Positions 26,250 through 30,062 of a DNA stretch of 30,062 bases are shown in pieces. How positions within the stretch are numbered: the first letter of the stretch is position 1; every line of letters starts with the position of its first letter. Source of the DNA: Ascoidea asiatica JCM 7603. Its lineage: Eukaryota > Fungi > Ascomycota. The stretch lies in contig BCKQ01000014.1 of NCBI GenBank assembly GCA_001600695.1, positions 359,555-389,616 on the forward strand, in the 5' to 3' direction. The notes beneath the pieces were generated by a model. That model was given only the letters and a program-made list of their open reading frames with translations. It did not search any database and was not told the origin of the DNA. The translations under genes were made by a program, and so were the position numbers.

Positions 26250-26833
26250 CACCGGTAGTAAACAGGTCTGAAAGCCAAAAATATCTCACGTTTATGGAAA
26301 CAGGCCATATAATTGGTGAAAGTCCGTAACCTAAATTTGAAAATTTTACATTTTCTAAAAGTTATTTCCATTTCTGCGATACTTTATCAGTCAACAGTGA
26401 GCGAAATTTTACAGCCTCTTTTTTGGTAAAAAATTAAAGATGTTCCGTAAATTTTGTCCGAAGCATTAAAAATATCTTATGTTTAATTACTTAACCAGAA
26501 GGTTCCAGAATAATGAATAATGAAAAAACTCTAAACAAAAAACTGATGGTACTTACCTTATATATTTACATTTTCTTTTATCTAAGAACCCCAGTGTCCA
26601 GACTCTCATTTCGGAGGTACTATACTGTTCCAAATTTGGTAATCAATTATTTCTCGTACCTCCGCATCCCTTTCTTGCTCCCGATTTTGTCTAATTCGCA
26701 ACCAGTTGTGATAAAGTGGTGTTGGACAATGGTTACTGCCGACCATAGAAGTTTGCAACTCGTATATAGAAGCCAGTGGTGTCAGTCTCAGCACTTGATT
26801 AGTGGCTGTTACCTCATTGCCTGCCACACGCAT
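26250..26833 (-). pseudogene. Possible small spliced gene remnant between sites C and D
   Basis: ORF 26606-26833 is followed by a canonical AG|GTAAGT donor at ~26557; no recognisable domain. Confidence 0.25.
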
Positions 26834-26844
26834 TATCGTCAGCC

Positions 26845-26994
26845 ACTTTGTGCCTACAAAAACCCGTCCCGACCACTTATTTCACCGGTAAAAAAGCGTT
26901 TTTCTGGAGACTAACGGAAATGCATACTTAACAGACCTTACATAACCGTTTTTTTCAAAAAAATTTAATTGCGGTTATCAGGGGTATATGCACT
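26845..26994 (-). repeat. GGTTA-box site, copy D (inverted)
   Basis: On +, TAACCGTTT (26943) - 17 nt - TTGCGGTTA (26969). The revcomp CGGTTATGTAAGGTCTGTTAAGTATGCAT matches copy C CGGTTATGAAGGGTCTGTTATCAATGTAT. A degenerate third box lies at about +99. Confidence 0.75.
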
Positions 26995-27099
26995 GTGCAG
27001 TTAATCATCGAAAATCATAGAATCCCACGAAAATACTGTGTAGATTAACAGCACATGTTATGGGCGTTTGTGACTTTCCTATATTTATTTATTTCGGAT

Positions 27100-28170
27100 C
27101 ATGTGTTTTGTTGGGCAATACTACTCAGATACGGAGAATTGGATATATATCAAGAGAATATCCCACAAAAGGTAAAATATTAATAATTGTTTGTTTTCGT
27201 AAAATTTCTTTGGCCTTGTTATGTTTATAGTTAACCTATATTATGTTCCCTGAAAATAAATAAACCCAATAACTTTAATGGTTATTGATATTCTTACAGC
27301 AGTTCCTGCTAATTCAGCAAATGCCTCAAGTAAGCCAACATCATCAATTGCAGACCCAATATTGCACAAACTGAAGATTCAGTGAAAGTTATAACTAATA
27401 GTACTGTCTCCCTAAAATCAAAAATATCAAAAATAAAACTCGAAATCTTAACCTTCAGCAACCACTTGGTTCAAATTCAAATACCAAATAAAAATTAGAA
27501 CCAAATATGAATAAAAATATCAATAAAACCGTTTTCCAAAATATTAATCTTCGTTATTTCCATATGAATCGCTTTACTTAAATAATAAATTCTCTAATTC
27601 CAAAAAAGATATCTCAAATAAAACAAAAAAGAAAAAAAACAGTCACAATGGAAATTTAATTTCATCTTCATTAAATCATCCTGTATCATTAACTAATAAG
27701 AATCTACAACCTTCTACTACTAATATGTCAAATTCCACCACACAAGAAAACCCTACAACGGTTCCTGGAAATCGAAACATACTGTCTTCTAATAGTGAAG
27801 GGATTATCCCCCTTTTCTCCCTATGTAAACTTAAAAAAATGTTAGGAACACAGAATAGTAGTGATACATCTTTTGCTTTCACAATCAGATTGAATGTCAA
27901 TAACCAGTAATCTGTTGGAAAATCTGTTAATGTTCCTGCGAATCTTAATGAATCTGATATTATTGATGTTTCTGATAAAGAAGTTCCTTTGGATCACTTA
28001 ACAATTAATCTTACCTTCCAGAAGGTGCCAGTAGCCCCATCCAAGGGGGGATGAGATTATGAAGTTACTATCCCCGTTTTCACTTTCTACAAAGAAACAA
28101 TTATTTAGGAAAAACATTCATGACGGGCTTTGGAAATAAAAGATAGCTATATATGCGAGATTATAAATTG
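27100..28170 (+). pseudogene. Decayed spliced gene, S/N-rich with a small beta-rich C-terminal region
   Basis: Putative intron AG|GTAAAA (~27172) to TTACAG (~27299). ORF 27725-27910 continues in frame past stops (SVGKSVNVPANLNESDIIDV..TINLTFQKVPV..DYEVTIPVF). Confidence 0.4.
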
Positions 28171-28173
28171 TTA

Positions 28174-29163
28174 TTAACACCATAGGTTTTGAAGCTTCAA
28201 AAGACACGTATCGATATTAGACGTAACAGAGTCATGGACTAAACAAAAATGTGTATACATTATGTACTACTGTGCATAGAGTTGCATAATTACACAAAAA
28301 TATACATACCCTTGAAACAGCTGCGCTAACTTGCTTGAAGAATAGATTAATTCGCATTACCTTTCATATGTCTAAGCAGAGGCACTCGGATACTGGAAAT
28401 CATGTGATATTATAGTCACAAGGCATAGGACATGTGTGCCTACGTCAGGTACAGTATACAAACTAGAAAAGAAGTAGGGATTTGAGCCATAGTCATATAA
28501 CCTTTAATAGCATATTAGAGCTAAACCACTCGGTATGAGGATAATAAAAGAGGACTTAGTATTTACCGTCTACCCGGATGGATGTTAAATCCGAAAGGCC
28601 AATCGGATCCAGGCCGGGATGTCTTCTGGAAGGATGATATTCCTAAGCCTAGATTCATGTGAGATAACGTTTAAGTCTCACTGCGTGTACCGAATTGTCT
28701 CGGAGTAAACAAGAGACTAGTTGAGCTAGTCCCTTGAGAACCTACTCCGAGGGTGAGTTTCGGGAGTGCTTCGGTATTGTCGATTAATCCTGGCATTCTA
28801 GTTCGGTTGTCTACCCGATTGGAAAGCGAGCGGATTGGTTTTAAAATGGAAAATTGAAACGTGCACTAGAATTGATTTCTAATCAAGTTTTCAACCCTTT
28901 TTACAAGGTAAACTTGATTCCCACCCTGATTCTACGAAGGAATCCTGGGATTTTTGGGAATTCCCGAGAATTCTCGATAGTTCTGCAGGACCTCGTAGGA
29001 ATCCTGAATTATTATAAAAGGAATCGATTTCCTCTTATTTTTTATATAATTTATTTAGTTTCCTTTTCACCTCATTAGCAAGAGTTAATTGATTAATACA
29101 TAGATTGTAAGGACGTAAAATTTATATACTCGCTTTTGTAAAGTGAATGAAAATTCACAACAA
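28174..29163 (+). repeat. ~1 kb repeat, copy 2 (inverted relative to 12275-13265)
   Basis: Same alignment as copy 1; shared blocks run from TTAACACCATAGG to GTAAAxTGAATGAxAATTCA. Confidence 0.93.
28935..29145 (+). promoter_or_regulatory. Putative Pol II core promoter at the end of the 1 kb repeat
   Basis: ~10-bp periodic GAATTCYCG-like boxes, TATAAAAG at ~29012, a pyrimidine tract, then AAA(G/A)TG AAT GAR AAT TCA. The same layout precedes ATG 12295 in copy 1. Confidence 0.4.
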
Positions 29164-29909
29164 GTTTGAGTCCTGGGAACGTTTTTCCTGCTTCCACTTG
29201 TATCCTATTTGTCCGATTATCTGTTCCTGCCACCCGTTGAACATTGTTTGCCTAAGCGGCCTTGTGTTAGCGTCACTACTAATGCCATTATTTATCTAAA
29301 GCCTTGCTTACATGGATAATAATAGTTGATGGGATCCCAGTCAATAATAACAATTGCGAGACAACCAGTGATGACCGGAAACTCTTAACTTTAACCAAAA
29401 TAGAAAAGTACATCACCTGGCATGACAACCTTGCTTCAAAAATGATAATATCTGAGATTTGATAAGTAATTAAAAGGTTCTAGGTAACACCGCAATCACC
29501 GGGGTATTTCGGTGACAAACCCACACATTCTAAAAACGTAATAATAGGTTCGAGACCTTTAACATTTTTTTTAGGTTACTTGATGTATAGCGGTTTTTGG
29601 CAGTATGTACAACAATTGAAAATAGTATGAACAACAGCAAAATGTATTTATGCTCTCTGTTATTCTGATAAAACGTTTAGTGCTGTATACTAAAAAAAAT
29701 ATAACTACAGATATTGACTTAAAAAAAATTTTAATGTTTATTAAAAATAATTGGTTATGATAAAAAAAATAAAACTAAAATTGAAATAAAACACAGATAT
29801 TTGGGGCATATTTATATAAAAAACAATCTAGTATATAGTAATAAATAGTAATAAAAATTAATAAATAGTAATAAATAAAAAAATAAGTAGAAAAAAATAG
29901 AACATTAAG

Positions 29910-30062
29910 TTAATTTAGCATAATAAGATCATCAAAATCAGATTCTGATGAAACTTCAATTACTAAATGAAATTTAGGAGATATCTTTTCACACTTTGGT
30001 TTGGAAATATTACGTTAATTACCTTTAATTTTGTTCCATAATTCAATTTTGGATAAAACAAT
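29910..30062 (-). pseudogene. 3' end of a gene entering from the right edge
   Basis: VLSKIELWNKIKGN*RNISKPKCEKISPKFHLVIEVSSESDFDDLIMLN*, followed by a T-rich 3' region. Confidence 0.35.

Noticed and set aside
28705-28735. Group I intron R/S elements (GAGACTA..TAGTCC)
   Set aside because: The two strands are only a few nt apart with no room for P3/P8, and no P/Q elements were found.
28880-28925. Telomerase RNA template (CAACCC in the most conserved block)
   Set aside because: No 1.5-repeat template such as CTAACCCTAA, and two diverged copies in a pseudogene field are not expected.
12275-29163. Polinton/Maverick (similar size, long TIRs)
   Set aside because: No PolB, retroviral-type integrase, ATPase or capsid motifs recognised, and no 6-bp TSD or AG..CT termini seen.
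1-30062. CRISPR array, rRNA/tRNA, prokaryotic operons, telomeric tract
   Set aside because: None seen; spliceosomal-type introns and eukaryotic TE families indicate nuclear eukaryotic DNA.

Overview
AT-rich eukaryotic DNA, most likely fungal and probably from an early-diverging lineage (inferred from short GT..AG introns and the fungal-type helicase gene). The window is tiled with about a dozen decayed, often spliced genes and has no recognisable housekeeping gene, rRNA, tRNA or CRISPR. Two pseudogenes are clearly identifiable. One is a Mutator/MULE transposase (zinc finger + DDE + SWIM, ~13480-15010, +). The other is a ~4.4 kb telomere-linked-helicase (TLH)-like gene (17516-21926, +) in which a tyrosine-recombinase-like catalytic domain is fused to a RecQ helicase. 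Two non-coding repeat systems overlie these genes. (i) A ~150-170 bp site built from TAACCGCAA/TTGCGGTTA boxes at rigidly conserved spacing (0/+26/+100). It occurs four times plus one partial copy, and two direct copies flank the recombinase-helicase gene. (ii) A ~1 kb, ~70% identical inverted repeat (12275-13265 vs 28174-29163) with a 264 nt gap-free core, which brackets ~17 kb and ends in a promoter-like stretch plus an MNENS start. Weaker signals are TET/JBP-like and JmjC-like remnants and a foldback MITE. My inference is that this is the fossil of a large modular mobile element or gene-cassette system. All calls were made by eye; no searches were run.
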